Shown here: piece after piece, positions 1 to 8,773 of the stretch | Numbering within the stretch: position 1 is the stretch's first letter | Layout: each line of letters opens with the position of its first letter | Origin: a virus | Lineage: Duplodnaviria; Caudoviricetes | Length of the DNA stretch: 51,695 nucleotides | Direction: 5' to 3' (one strand) | Virus record (IMG/VR): IMGVR_UViG_3300038321_000080 | Location: 1 to 51,695 of that record | Position numbers and translations under genes: made by a program | The notes under the pieces: generated by a model | Told to the model about the DNA's origin: nothing | Seen by the model: the letters and a program-made list of their open reading frames with translations, nothing else | Database searches by the model: none

Positions 1-177
1 TCCCCATCCCCTTTGTTTAATTCTTCTGCCCTCTCTCTTGTAGCTATCTGCCCTCATTAAGTTTTCTATGCTGTCGCCTAGCTTTATGGGCTTAGGCTTG
101 TCTATCTTAAACATAGCTAATAATTTTCTATATGTCTTTATATCTGTTAGCTTTATATATTCTCCTATAGTCATCAT
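1..177 (-). CDS. Hypothetical protein, truncated by window edge (MMTIGEYIKLTDIKTY...)
   Basis: Manually translated open frame starting 3 nt after the stop of the upstream ORF. Confidence 0.6.
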   Translation of the reverse strand, partial: MMTIGEYIKLTDIKTYRKLLAMFKIDKPKPIKLGDSIENLMRADSYKREGRRIKQRGWG

Positions 178-179
178 TC

Positions 180-578
180 TCACCCCTGTACCGTTTTACT
201 TAACACCTTGTATCCAAACAAATTATTAAATCTATATCCTAATCCTTTTAATCCTCTTTCGTATACATTCCTTCTCCTGTTGTCATCCCAACTACAATGA
301 ATTATTACTGGGATTCCTTCGTGTTTTTCTTTTATAAATTCTTCAAATTCTATTATCTTTTCTTTAGCCCATAATAATCCTTTTAGTCCGTCTTTCCCTG
401 TTTGTTTTAAACGTACATCATCTGCTTGTCTTCTCTTATGCGAGGTTACTAGGTATATGTTATAGTGATACTTGCTCCTGCTCCAATCTTCTTGAAACTC
501 TATTCTTATTGTTTGCCCGCTTGGAAGTATAACAGTATCGAAATATCCACAGTTTCCATCGTCTTCGTATCTTTTCAT
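180..578 (-). CDS. Hypothetical protein
   Basis: ORF track 180..626 trimmed to ATG 578 (GAGGTG RBS); the longer start overlaps the tRNA. Confidence 0.75.
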   Translation of the reverse strand: MKRYEDDGNCGYFDTVILPSGQTIRIEFQEDWSRSKYHYNIYLVTSHKRRQADDVRLKQTGKDGLKGLLWAKEKIIEFEEFIKEKHEGIPVIIHCSWDDNRRRNVYERGLKGLGYRFNNLFGYKVLSKTVQG

Positions 579-594
579 TTTAATCACCTCTATT

Positions 595-682
595 TGGCGG
601 AAGGAAAGGGATTCGAACCCTTGCACGTTTACACGCCTAACAGTTTAGCAAACTGCCCTCTTCACCACTTGAGTATCCTTCC
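595..682 (-). tRNA. tRNA-Ser(GCT)
   Basis: Acceptor stem GGAAGGA/TCCTTCC plus G-CCA; anticodon arm GCAGT-TTGCTAA-ACTGT; long variable arm; GGTTCGAATCC T-arm. Confidence 0.95.
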
Positions 683-685
683 AAA

Positions 686-722
686 TAAAATAAGCCGATA
701 GCTTTTACACTACCGACTTATT
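686..722 (-). terminator. Hairpin plus U-rich tract in late leader upstream of tRNA
   Basis: Minus strand AAGTCGGTAG-TGTAAAAG-CTATCGGCTT-ATTTTT. Confidence 0.45.
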
Positions 723-799
723 CCCAACTGCCTTTTTACATTGTCGTTTTGATATATCCTTGCTTTTACATATGATCTTTTTAGAAGATGTTCATAATA

Positions 800-846
800 C
801 TAGTATATAACACTTCTTAGTAAAAAAACGGACATGAAACGGACTT
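800..846 (-). promoter_or_regulatory. Putative late promoter with RinA-type activator direct repeats
   Basis: GTCCGTTT twice at 11-bp spacing (826-833, 837-844) where a -35 would be, then TATACT -10 (802-807); lies downstream of the RinA-like gene. Confidence 0.65.
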
Positions 847-848
847 GT

Positions 849-1307
849 TTATCTCATTCTTTTCCCATCTACCCATATCTCTCCGTTCCTGCTAATATAT
901 ATTTCTCTGTAAATTAGATTAAGTTTTTCATCAAAATTATATAATTGAGCTTTGTTTATAAATCTTCTCAAATCTTCCATTCTTGTTCTAAGAATTTTCC
1001 TTGTTGTTAGCATGTCGTTAAAGTTGCAAACCAATATGAATTCATTGTTGCTATTTCCATCATCCATTTCTCGCAACTGAGTTATTCCGCTAAAGAAATC
1101 TGAACTTGTTTTTACTTCGGCATAAATCGTGCCCTTTGCCTTTTCAGCACATACATCTGCATGCATTAAATGTTTTCTCTGCCTTGTCCTAATCGGCAAC
1201 TCTGTGTAAATACCAATTACATCATATCTTCTTTTTAGCATTTCGATAACTTTTTTCTTTAGCCCTATGTGCCTTGGCCCTTCATTGGGGCTTGTCCTTA
1301 TTTTCAT
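849..1307 (-). CDS. PD-(D/E)XK-fold nuclease-like protein
   Basis: Motifs TELPI...ADV...YAEVKT; start trimmed to MKIRTS after GGAG RBS. Confidence 0.55.
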   Translation of the reverse strand: MKIRTSPNEGPRHIGLKKKVIEMLKRRYDVIGIYTELPIRTRQRKHLMHADVCAEKAKGTIYAEVKTSSDFFSGITQLREMDDGNSNNEFILVCNFNDMLTTRKILRTRMEDLRRFINKAQLYNFDEKLNLIYREIYISRNGEIWVDGKRMR

Positions 1308-1752
1308 CTTTACTCCCTCCAAACATTCCAACAATCATTTTGTTTATAGCCATTGACCTAATTCTTCTGCAATGCCTTTCCGAATAGTTTGTTTCACTTA
1401 CAATACTCTCCCATCTCATTCCTTCTATATACCTTAATTCTAACATAGTTCTTTCCTTGCGTGTTAGTCCGCACATAGCCCTATCTATTCGCTCTAATAT
1501 CCTTTTATTTCTATTTATATTGTGTTCTAGAAAGTGTATCTTCTCACTAACAGATAAAGCTATATCTTCTGTTATGCTGTTTATTTTATGTGTAGGACTT
1601 GTAGATATGTTATCATAATTTAACCCTTTTAAGCTATCTTCTTTCTCTAAATATTCTATTTCCATCTGCATATTTTCAACGCTTATCTGGAACATCTTAT
1701 AGTTATACAATAAGTATTCTGTTTCTTTATAGTATTTATCTTGTATCTTCAT
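1282..1752 (-). CDS. RinA/ArpU-family late transcriptional activator
   Basis: C-terminal sigma-4-like HTH (LTRKERTMLELRYIEGMRWESIV..NYSERHCRRIR); end of the early region. Confidence 0.85.
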   Translation of the reverse strand: MKIQDKYYKETEYLLYNYKMFQISVENMQMEIEYLEKEDSLKGLNYDNISTSPTHKINSITEDIALSVSEKIHFLEHNINRNKRILERIDRAMCGLTRKERTMLELRYIEGMRWESIVSETNYSERHCRRIRSMAINKMIVGMFGGSKDENKDKPQ

Positions 1753-1754
1753 GT

Positions 1755-2084
1755 CTACACCTCCTGTTGTATCTTTAAAATACTTTGTAAGGCATTTATT
1801 TGTACTGCTATAGCCTTTAAACTATCTCTAGCCGCTATATACGTCTCTTTTGCTACATCTCTTTCAAATCTTAAGTCTGCTAAATTTCCTCTTGCCACAT
1901 CTTCTATTAGTCCTACTGCCATACCTTCATCACGTAACTTTATTTTCTCTATTGCTAAGGCTTTACGATAGTCCCTTTCTTTTTCTGCTGCTTCTTTTGC
2001 AAGAGTAAATATTTCTTTGCTACCTTCTTGCAGTCTTTTGCTGCCTTGGTAAAGTTCTTGAGTTATGTTAACTGTATCTATCAT
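1755..2084 (-). CDS. Hypothetical coiled-coil phage protein
   Basis: ORF with RBS in a tightly packed operon. Confidence 0.75.
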   Translation of the reverse strand: MIDTVNITQELYQGSKRLQEGSKEIFTLAKEAAEKERDYRKALAIEKIKLRDEGMAVGLIEDVARGNLADLRFERDVAKETYIAARDSLKAIAVQINALQSILKIQQEV

Positions 2085-2088
2085 CTAA

Positions 2089-2391
2089 TCATCTCCTATA
2101 GGCTAAATTTGCAAGTTTATCTAATTCTAAAATTAATTTGTTCCATAATGCGTGATTTTTATCTAACTCCATGCTTATCTTTATTTTTTCTTTGTCAGTG
2201 GTTACTTTTTCTAATTTTTCTATTAGTAAAGCATTTTCTTCGAGTATCCCATCGATTTTATTATGTGTGTTTTCTATTTTTTCTTCTAAAATTATTAGAT
2301 ATGGTTTCGTAATGTATTTGAAATCATCACCATGTTTATTTAAAAACTCCACTAATTCCGTTTTTGTAAATTGATTATAGTCAAAGTTCAT
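2089..2391 (-). CDS. Hypothetical protein
   Basis: Start trimmed to MNFDY after GGAGGGA RBS. Confidence 0.7.
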   Translation of the reverse strand: MNFDYNQFTKTELVEFLNKHGDDFKYITKPYLIILEEKIENTHNKIDGILEENALLIEKLEKVTTDKEKIKISMELDKNHALWNKLILELDKLANLAYRR

Positions 2392-2401
2392 CTTATCCCT
2401 C

Positions 2402-2674
2402 CTAAAATAAACTAATCTGAATTGTTTCTCCAAATTCCCTTATATACATCTTTTGTAGTTTTTCTCCTATGTTCTTATTAAACCTTTTAGGAGAATGTGC
2501 TTTCAGCTTTCCTTCAATAAATATATGCAGGTACTCAAATTCCTCTAGTTCTTCTATTTTGTATTTGTCTGATTTAAACTCTACTCCATCATAAACTCCT
2601 AGATATTCTCCTAATTTTTCACCCCAACTACCGCTTAAATCTTCTTTTGATAATCCGTATATCTCAAGTTTCAT
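2402..2674 (-). CDS. Hypothetical protein
   Basis: ORF, operon packing. Confidence 0.7.
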   Translation of the reverse strand: MKLEIYGLSKEDLSGSWGEKLGEYLGVYDGVEFKSDKYKIEELEEFEYLHIFIEGKLKAHSPKRFNKNIGEKLQKMYIREFGETIQISLF

Positions 2675-2675
2675 T

Positions 2676-3032
2676 TTATTGCCCTCTTATAATTTCCTTG
2701 ATGTATTCTTCTATTTTCAATAAATCATCTAAATCTAGCTTACTAATCATCATACTTATTTCATGTTGTAACTTTTTCCTCTGTTCTTTTCTTTTTACTA
2801 TGCCATCATATGTCTCTTTATCAGGATAAGCTTCGTAATAACAAGCAATTCCTTTGCTTATGCCTGTTTTCTTGTCAAACCTTAGTTCTTCTCTCCCTTT
2901 GATTGATTTAACATAAAAACTTCTTGTATTTACTTTCACTATTTTTCCTTCAAACGTTCCTAGTACTTTATTTATAAACATTCCTTGCATTTCAATAAAT
3001 ATTTTTTGTTCTTCTTTTACTGGAAATTTCAT
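2676..3032 (-). CDS. Hypothetical protein
   Basis: ORF, TGATG overlap with upstream gene. Confidence 0.7.
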   Translation of the reverse strand: MKFPVKEEQKIFIEMQGMFINKVLGTFEGKIVKVNTRSFYVKSIKGREELRFDKKTGISKGIACYYEAYPDKETYDGIVKRKEQRKKLQHEISMMISKLDLDDLLKIEEYIKEIIRGQ

Positions 3033-3256
3033 CAGTCAATCCCTCCTATGAACTCCTTGTGTATCTCTATCAGCAGCTCTCTCTTTGCTTTAGCCGACAT
3101 TCGACTATTGTCTTGATATCTATAATCTCTATTTAATACTTCTCTTAAATCAGCTTTAAATCGATCGTTTACTTTTAATTTATCTTCCACAGCTTTTTCA
3201 AATAGCTCAGGTTCAAGTTCAAACTTAGGGCTTCCCATCATACTTTGTTTTCTCAT
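3032..3256 (-). CDS. Hypothetical protein
   Basis: ORF with GGAGG RBS. Confidence 0.7.
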   Translation of the reverse strand: MRKQSMMGSPKFELEPELFEKAVEDKLKVNDRFKADLREVLNRDYRYQDNSRMSAKAKRELLIEIHKEFIGGID

Positions 3257-3265
3257 AATAACCTC

Positions 3266-3589
3266 CTATAGATAAAATCTATTTCCCATTAACCTAAAGA
3301 TAATATCCTCTCTTTTAATTCCCTTTGGGTGCTTGTCTACTTTTTTAAATGCTTTATAGGCTTGTTGTTCCTTTAATCCTAGTATTTTTATTAATTCCTC
3401 TGTGGTATAAAACTCATCTGTAAGTATGTCTTCTAATTTTCTCTGCAATTCTCTTTTAAAGCTTAAATCCGTTGCCCTATTTTTATGAGGACCTTTATCC
3501 CCTCTGTGTTGCTCTGGTGTTAAATATTTATAATTTAACTCGAAGTCTAAGCCCCCTTGGCTTTTGAATGTAATATGGTGCTTTTCCAA
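3266..3589 (-). CDS. HNH-like endonuclease
   Basis: EKHHITFKSQGG...N...L...H pattern. Confidence 0.6.
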   Translation of the reverse strand: MEKHHITFKSQGGLDFELNYKYLTPEQHRGDKGPHKNRATDLSFKRELQRKLEDILTDEFYTTEELIKILGLKEQQAYKAFKKVDKHPKGIKREDIIFRLMGNRFYL

Positions 3590-3656
3590 TCTAATCCCTC
3601 CTAAACAGGTCGTTTAAAACGTCCTGTTTTCTTAACCGTGCCGAATTCGATACGTT

Positions 3657-3697
3657 TAAAAAATAGAATCCCAAGGAAATTAATCCCTGGGCTTCTA
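3657..3697 (-). terminator. Intrinsic terminator
   Basis: Minus strand TAGAAGCCCAGGGA-TTAATT-TCCTTGGGATTCTA-TTTTTT. Confidence 0.7.
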
Positions 3698-3722
3698 GAG
3701 CCTCTAGCTTGTTATTTAATTC

Positions 3723-3977
3723 TTAAAGTAAATTACTATCAACTAATAATATTTCTTCGTTTTCAAAATCTTCTAATACTCTTTTTATTGGAGCATATTC
3801 ATCTACGCAATTTGCATAATTGAAAAACGCGGTACATTTATCTATCTCAGTTATTTCTTCTTTTAAACTATTATCCTCATCATCAGCTATATTTTCTATA
3901 TAAATTTCTATAGCCTTTTCTTCACTTTCGGCTTGTATTAAAGCATAATAAGGTTCATTTATCTCAAAATATTTCAT
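3723..3977 (-). CDS. Hypothetical acidic protein
   Basis: ORF with GGAGG RBS. Confidence 0.7.
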   Translation of the reverse strand: MKYFEINEPYYALIQAESEEKAIEIYIENIADDEDNSLKEEITEIDKCTAFFNYANCVDEYAPIKRVLEDFENEEILLVDSNLL

Positions 3978-3979
3978 TT

Positions 3980-4114
3980 TTAAATATTTCCTCCTTCGTT
4001 CTGATTTACTTTATATTTATTTTTTAGTTTACACTTCGGACAAACTGTTTCTATATCTGCTACATTTGCCTTGGCTAATAACTTTCCACAATGTTTACAT
4101 CTTATTTCTTTCAT
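3980..4114 (-). CDS. Mu Com-like zinc-finger regulator (44 aa)
   Basis: Manual translation MKEIRCKHCGKLLAKANVADIETVCPKCKLKN; below the ORF-track size cutoff. Confidence 0.75.
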   Translation of the reverse strand: MKEIRCKHCGKLLAKANVADIETVCPKCKLKNKYKVNQNEGGNI

Positions 4115-4125
4115 TGTTCTTCCCC

Positions 4126-4266
4126 CTATTCATTCAATCCCATCTGCTTATTTATCTTCTCAAATTCTCTCGATAACCTTCTCCATTTCTGCCTTGTTCC
4201 TTTAGTTTTTCTATCTTTCCAAACTATTTTTATACATTTGCAATAGAATTTTATTTTCTTTATCAT
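4126..4266 (-). CDS. Small basic hypothetical protein (46 aa)
   Basis: Manual translation MIKKIKFYCKCIK...; AGGGG RBS; fills an operon gap. Confidence 0.5.
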   Translation of the reverse strand: MIKKIKFYCKCIKIVWKDRKTKGTRQKWRRLSREFEKINKQMGLNE

Positions 4267-4279
4267 CTTAATCCCCTTT

Positions 4280-4513
4280 CTAATCCCATTCAACATTATC
4301 TATTTTTAATTCCTTATTGCAATTCGGGCATTTAATCCTTGAGCACGACCAATCAGGAGGCTCCCCGACAAAATCACAAAACTCATTGTAATCTATTTCT
4401 ATTTCTTCCTCACAATGGGGACACTCATACTCTACGTATTTAGGCACTTGAACAACGACTAAATCAATATTTGCTAAGTCTTTATACTCTTTATTCATTA
4501 AATCGCTAATCAT
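4280..4513 (-). CDS. Zinc-ribbon protein
   Basis: CPHC...CPNC. Confidence 0.7.
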   Translation of the reverse strand: MISDLMNKEYKDLANIDLVVVQVPKYVEYECPHCEEEIEIDYNEFCDFVGEPPDWSCSRIKCPNCNKELKIDNVEWD

Positions 4514-4704
4514 TTAATCTCCCCCCTTATAATTCCCCAAGCGAACGATAGTGCAATTACAAGAACAACAATGCCTATGCTAAAGCTTTCATTAAAACCA
4601 GATATTATAATCCCTCCAAAAATAGTTACTAGAAGTATAGTTACGGTTAAGCCAACAACAATAGTTGCTGCTAAGTCTAAAATATCTAATATTTTCTTTT
4701 TCAT
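4510..4704 (-). CDS. Small membrane protein
   Basis: Two hydrophobic segments. Confidence 0.65.
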   Translation of the reverse strand: MKKKILDILDLAATIVVGLTVTILLVTIFGGIIISGFNESFSIGIVVLVIALSFAWGIIRGEIK

Positions 4705-4705
4705 G

Positions 4706-5008
4706 TTAATCCCCCATCCTTACTTCGCTTATAGTTTCTGTAATTTCTATTTCATCAATATCGAATCCAAACCCATAATTACCCTCTTTAACATCTTCTA
4801 CCAAATCTTTTAGAGTTCCATATTCTTCTCTTACAAAATAGTTTTTATACCATAGCCATTCGCAAAATTCATCAAGCTCTTTTTCATCTATTGCTAATAA
4901 ATTTAATGTATTATTGAATCCTGTACATAGTAGAAGTTCCTTATTGACTAACCCTTCTTGCCACTTATGGGTTGCTTTTTTAAGTTTTCCTTTGAATATC
5001 TTAAACAT
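4706..5008 (-). CDS. Hypothetical protein
   Basis: ORF, operon packing. Confidence 0.7.
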   Translation of the reverse strand: MFKIFKGKLKKATHKWQEGLVNKELLLCTGFNNTLNLLAIDEKELDEFCEWLWYKNYFVREEYGTLKDLVEDVKEGNYGFGFDIDEIEITETISEVRMGD

Positions 5009-5009
5009 A

Positions 5010-5546
5010 TTAATATCCCTCCATTCCTAATATTTCTAACTGCCCTAAAGGTAAAAATGATTTTAATATTTCTATTTCCTCTTTATATAAATTGTCTAGC
5101 CCCATACTTTTGCTATTTTTAGTTAACTTTTTAATTACATCTATAAATAAATCTTGCGTATCTGGATTTACCGCATTACCTATAAGCTCGGAATTAAAAT
5201 GATTAATTACCCTGTATATTTTATTGTCTTTAATTTCATAATGGATAGTTGGAAGCCTTTGCCAATAGCCTCTTGGATAAATGCTAATCCAATCTTCATC
5301 CCATGCGTTTATGATTCTTTCCATCATCTCTTCTGCCTTATTATCTAATTCCCAGTATGCTTTTACTGTTAACCCTGCATATCTATGTGCTAATAAAACA
5401 AATCCGTAATCGCACTTATTTCTGAAAACAGTTCCCTCGTTGTAATATAGATCATCTCCATTAGTATCTATTTCTTTTAAATAAGTCGTCCCTCCATTTG
5501 TTGTAGCTCTTATATATGCAGTCAAAGCACTTTCTTTATTGTTCAT
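5010..5546 (-). CDS. Hypothetical protein
   Basis: ORF with GGAGG RBS. Confidence 0.7.
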   Translation of the reverse strand: MNNKESALTAYIRATTNGGTTYLKEIDTNGDDLYYNEGTVFRNKCDYGFVLLAHRYAGLTVKAYWELDNKAEEMMERIINAWDEDWISIYPRGYWQRLPTIHYEIKDNKIYRVINHFNSELIGNAVNPDTQDLFIDVIKKLTKNSKSMGLDNLYKEEIEILKSFLPLGQLEILGMEGY

Positions 5547-5561
5547 TTTTGATAATCCTCC

Positions 5562-5744
5562 TTAGTAATCTTGCATTAAACAAATATTGCAACTACATCC
5601 AAGGCAATCCTTGTCTTTCCCTATTGAATTCATTTCGTTGCATTCTTTTATATCTTTTTTCATTCTTTCCGATAATTTTATTACCTTAAATCCTTCATTT
5701 TGCAATATTTTAATTGCATTCTTTATTTCGCCTATATCATTCAT
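5562..5744 (-). CDS. Small Cys-rich hypothetical protein
   Basis: C...CLGCSCNIC. Confidence 0.6.
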   Translation of the reverse strand: MNDIGEIKNAIKILQNEGFKVIKLSERMKKDIKECNEMNSIGKDKDCLGCSCNICLMQDY

Positions 5745-5962
5745 ATTTCATTTACCTCCAATATTTCTATTAATTCACTTTTTGTATAGAACCCTCTTAC
5801 TTTCTTAGCTGCCTCATCTTCATTTTCTGCCCATACCTTCATGTAGAAATTAATCCCATTCACCGAATAAATAACTTTGTACAGATATTCTTCTATACTC
5901 CCAAGTAGATAGGGCTTAAATACATCATTCATTAGCTCGCCCTCCTTGAATTTACTAAGCAC
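5741..5962 (-). CDS. Hypothetical protein
   Basis: ORF; true start may be MNDVF. Confidence 0.6.
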   Translation of the reverse strand: MLSKFKEGELMNDVFKPYLLGSIEEYLYKVIYSVNGINFYMKVWAENEDEAAKKVRGFYTKSELIEILEVNEI

Positions 5963-6180
5963 CTTTGTGCTATCCTACCGTCTTGTAGCACTATTCCGCA
6001 GTGTGTGCATATTCTTGCCAATCTTTTATTGTACTTGCAGAGGACTGTTTGCCCTCCACAACTGCAAGTATTTTTATTTATTTTTCTAGCTTTATTTACA
6101 TATTTATTGAATGTATTTATATCTCCGCCAAGGTATCTAACAATGCCTCTAATGCAGTATTCTAATACCTTTTCAGTCAT
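5932..6180 (-). CDS. Zinc-finger hypothetical protein
   Basis: CSCGG...CTHCG. Confidence 0.65.
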   Translation of the reverse strand: MTEKVLEYCIRGIVRYLGGDINTFNKYVNKARKINKNTCSCGGQTVLCKYNKRLARICTHCGIVLQDGRIAQRCLVNSRRAS

Positions 6181-6183
6181 TAT

Positions 6184-6654
6184 TTACACCTCCAAGCTTA
6201 TTTCAATCGCTTTTATAGCCGCGCGCCAAACTGTCTGCAATAAACCTTCTTCCATAATTTCTATATCTGGTTCAAATTGTTCCATGCCTTTGAATAACTT
6301 TATATTCCACACTCTCAAGCAACAATTTATCGGTAAATAATTATTTATTCCTACATTTGGATACTTTGTTCTTATAAACTTTAGTAATTGGTCTAATCTA
6401 AATAAAGGAATTACTGTATATTCACCTTCGCAAGGTGTTTTATCGAATGATATTAATTTATCTGAATCATAATCATAGTACCAACAATCTATTAATTCAC
6501 CCCTCCACTCTCTTTCTACTCTTGCAACTAGACATTCCCTTTCTTCATCTACTAGACATATAAAATCTCCTTCTTCTATTTTCCACCAGTCAATAAATAT
6601 TTTTTGAATCTTTTTATCTAGTACTAAAAATTGTTTATCTGTGATATGGTTCAT
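6184..6654 (-). CDS. Hypothetical protein
   Basis: ORF with GGAGG RBS. Confidence 0.7.
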   Translation of the reverse strand: MNHITDKQFLVLDKKIQKIFIDWWKIEEGDFICLVDEERECLVARVEREWRGELIDCWYYDYDSDKLISFDKTPCEGEYTVIPLFRLDQLLKFIRTKYPNVGINNYLPINCCLRVWNIKLFKGMEQFEPDIEIMEEGLLQTVWRAAIKAIEISLEV

Positions 6655-6659
6655 TTTTT

Positions 6660-7094
6660 TTACACCTCCAATAACTCTGGGTCTTCATATATGTTGCCTA
6701 TTACAGTTACTACCGCATTACTGTTTGGAAATGTAATATTTATCAAATCATCATACCAGCCTTCTATAATATTGTTTGCAATAAATCCCGCATCCCTAAA
6801 TTCAACCTTAAAAACTTTTGGGTATTTTTTATGTGGTATCTTTGTATCTACTTTTACAATATCACCTTCGTATATTTCCTTACCATTGACATCTCTTTCG
6901 CCTGTATATTGCATTAAAACAATAGTTCCATGCCCTTTTTCATCAATATGTGAAGTTTCGTCTTTAACCTTCCCGTTATCCGTCTTGTATCTATATTTGA
7001 CTAATGTATGTTGAACTTTGCTAAATATTATTTGAGTTACTTCTGCCATTCTATATGCATTTTTATCCCATGCTCTAAATTTAGCTTCTCTCAC
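6660..7094 (-). CDS. YopX-family protein
   Basis: KFRAWDK...LMQYTG..D.NGKEIYEGDIV...VIGNIYEDPELL. Confidence 0.92.
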   Translation of the reverse strand: MREAKFRAWDKNAYRMAEVTQIIFSKVQHTLVKYRYKTDNGKVKDETSHIDEKGHGTIVLMQYTGERDVNGKEIYEGDIVKVDTKIPHKKYPKVFKVEFRDAGFIANNIIEGWYDDLINITFPNSNAVVTVIGNIYEDPELLEV

Positions 7095-7108
7095 CGTTCC
7101 AAACCTCC

Positions 7109-7885
7109 TTATATTACTTTCTGCTCAAATGAAAGTCTCATTTGTATACTACTTAGCATTTTGTTTTGTGCTGCATTATAGAATTTTTTATCTATTTCAA
7201 ATCCGTATGCGTGTCTATTCATTTCTGCGGCTGCTTTTAAAGTTGTTGCACTTCCTGCTACTGGATCAATAACAACATCTCCCTCGTCTGTAAATATTTC
7301 TATCAACTTTTTCAATATTGGTATAGGTTTCTGTGTAGGGTGAATTTTCGGTACTGAATTATCTGTTTTCCACTCCATCCAGTTAAATATCATTTTTCTG
7401 TTATTATTAAACTTAGGTAATTTATCTCTATATAGAACTATTGCGTGCTCTGTAGCTCCTACAATTTTCATGTTTGATTTTAGAACCTGCGAACTGTAAT
7501 TCTTTATGAAGAATAATGGATAACTATTGTTGAATCCGTATTTCTTGCCATAATTGATTACCATTTGCATTTGTTCAAAAGCACAGAATACAATCATTGC
7601 TGGTGCTTGTCCTCTTTCTTTAGGCTCTTTTTTTAATAGTTTACTGCAAAAGTGCATATATTCTGCTATTCTAAAATCCGAATCAGTATTAAAGAATTGT
7701 TTCCCTGCCTTACTACTCTCACCGTTCTTGTTATCTCCGTCTATATACCATTCAGTGCTTGAAGCATATGCGTTATTGCCTAAGTTGTAGGGGATATCAG
7801 CCAAAACAAGATTAGCTCTAGGGATATTATATTTTTTGTAATTTTGGAAATTATCATTATAAAGCTCCACTTTTACTTCTTTCAA
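7109..7885 (-). CDS. DNA N6-adenine/N4-cytosine methyltransferase (beta class)
   Basis: DIPY catalytic motif, HPTQKP, DPVAGSATT SAM motif, GFEID. Confidence 0.92.
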   Translation of the reverse strand: MKEVKVELYNDNFQNYKKYNIPRANLVLADIPYNLGNNAYASSTEWYIDGDNKNGESSKAGKQFFNTDSDFRIAEYMHFCSKLLKKEPKERGQAPAMIVFCAFEQMQMVINYGKKYGFNNSYPLFFIKNYSSQVLKSNMKIVGATEHAIVLYRDKLPKFNNNRKMIFNWMEWKTDNSVPKIHPTQKPIPILKKLIEIFTDEGDVVIDPVAGSATTLKAAAEMNRHAYGFEIDKKFYNAAQNKMLSSIQMRLSFEQKVI

Positions 7886-7901
7886 ATTAATTCCTCCTTT
7901 A

Positions 7902-8489
7902 TTAAAATTTTAAAAACCATTCTGGGCTTCTGTTTAAATCTGACATGTATTTCGCCTTAGAGATGAAAGGTTTAAAATCTTTTTTTAAATAATTTCTTAC
8001 CGACGTATCGCTCATATCTAACTCTTTGCATATTTCCCTTACAGTTAATCCTTTGCTTTGAAGTTCCCTTGCCTTCTCTTGCTTTATTATTCCTTGTTCG
8101 TCATGATATTGCCCTCTTAGTTTCTCTACCCTTATGTTTATAGTCGTTGGCATATCAGTATTTTTAATGTATCCTATTTGCATAGTATCTAAAGCAACCA
8201 CCGCAAATATATCAACTTCATTATCGCCATATCTTTTCTCACTATTAGCTCCTTTTCGTTTAATATTAAAAACATACGCCCCATTAACTCCGCGCCATTG
8301 ATTTGTTGTTCTATAAGTTTCTGTTGTCTTAACTTGCACCTTTAGAATCTTCTGGCCTGTGTCTAGCAACAAATCATAAGGTAATGTTTCACCAGCAGGC
8401 GAAACATTAAAACCTTTTAACAATAAATCTGCACATACTAGATACTCTCCCGCTTTCCCTATTTGAAATTTATCTGATACCCTTATCAT
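7902..8489 (-). CDS. PD-(D/E)XK homing-type endonuclease with C-terminal HTH
   Basis: G.AGEYLV..DL..KG...PYDLL...KVQVKT, similar to the group I intron-associated PD-(D/E)XK family; start trimmed to MIRVSD. Confidence 0.8.
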   Translation of the reverse strand: MIRVSDKFQIGKAGEYLVCADLLLKGFNVSPAGETLPYDLLLDTGQKILKVQVKTTETYRTTNQWRGVNGAYVFNIKRKGANSEKRYGDNEVDIFAVVALDTMQIGYIKNTDMPTTINIRVEKLRGQYHDEQGIIKQEKARELQSKGLTVREICKELDMSDTSVRNYLKKDFKPFISKAKYMSDLNRSPEWFLKF

Positions 8490-8518
8490 TGGTAATCCCT
8501 CCATTCCTTACTATATCT

Positions 8519-8583
8519 ATTATATCATACTTTTGAATACTTTGTAATACTTTGTAGTAAATTATAATAAGTTATGATATAAT
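8519..8583. promoter_or_regulatory. Divergent promoters with three 10-bp tandem operator repeats
   Basis: TGATATAAT extended -10 on both strands; ATACTTTTGA/ATACTTTGTA/ATACTTTGTA at 8527-8556. Confidence 0.7.
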
Positions 8584-8604
8584 TATTTTAAAGGAGTGAT
8601 AATA

Positions 8605-8757
8605 ATGAAAAAGATAAAAACATCAATATCATTAGATGAAAATATCTATAATCAAGTTAAAGAAATTGCAAACAAAGAAGACAGGAGTTTTAGTCAACAA
8701 GTGAATAATATTCTTAAAGATTTTTTGGGTTCATTAGATATAGAGAAAGAGAGGTAG
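8605..8757 (+). CDS. Ribbon-helix-helix (CopG/Arc-like) regulator, 50 aa
   Basis: Manual translation MKKIKTSISLDENIYNQVKEIANKEDRSFSQQVNNILK; AAGGAG RBS. Confidence 0.85.
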   Translation: MKKIKTSISLDENIYNQVKEIANKEDRSFSQQVNNILKDFLGSLDIEKER

Positions 8758-8773
8758 CCTTCTCTATTCTATT

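Noticed and set aside
579-626. Longer N-terminus of ORF 180..626
   Set aside because: Overlaps the tRNA 3' end; a better RBS precedes ATG 578
7886-8773. Group I intron in the methyltransferase
   Set aside because: No room or recognisable core for a ribozyme; the downstream gene has its own RBS, start and duplicated 5' end, so splicing is unnecessary
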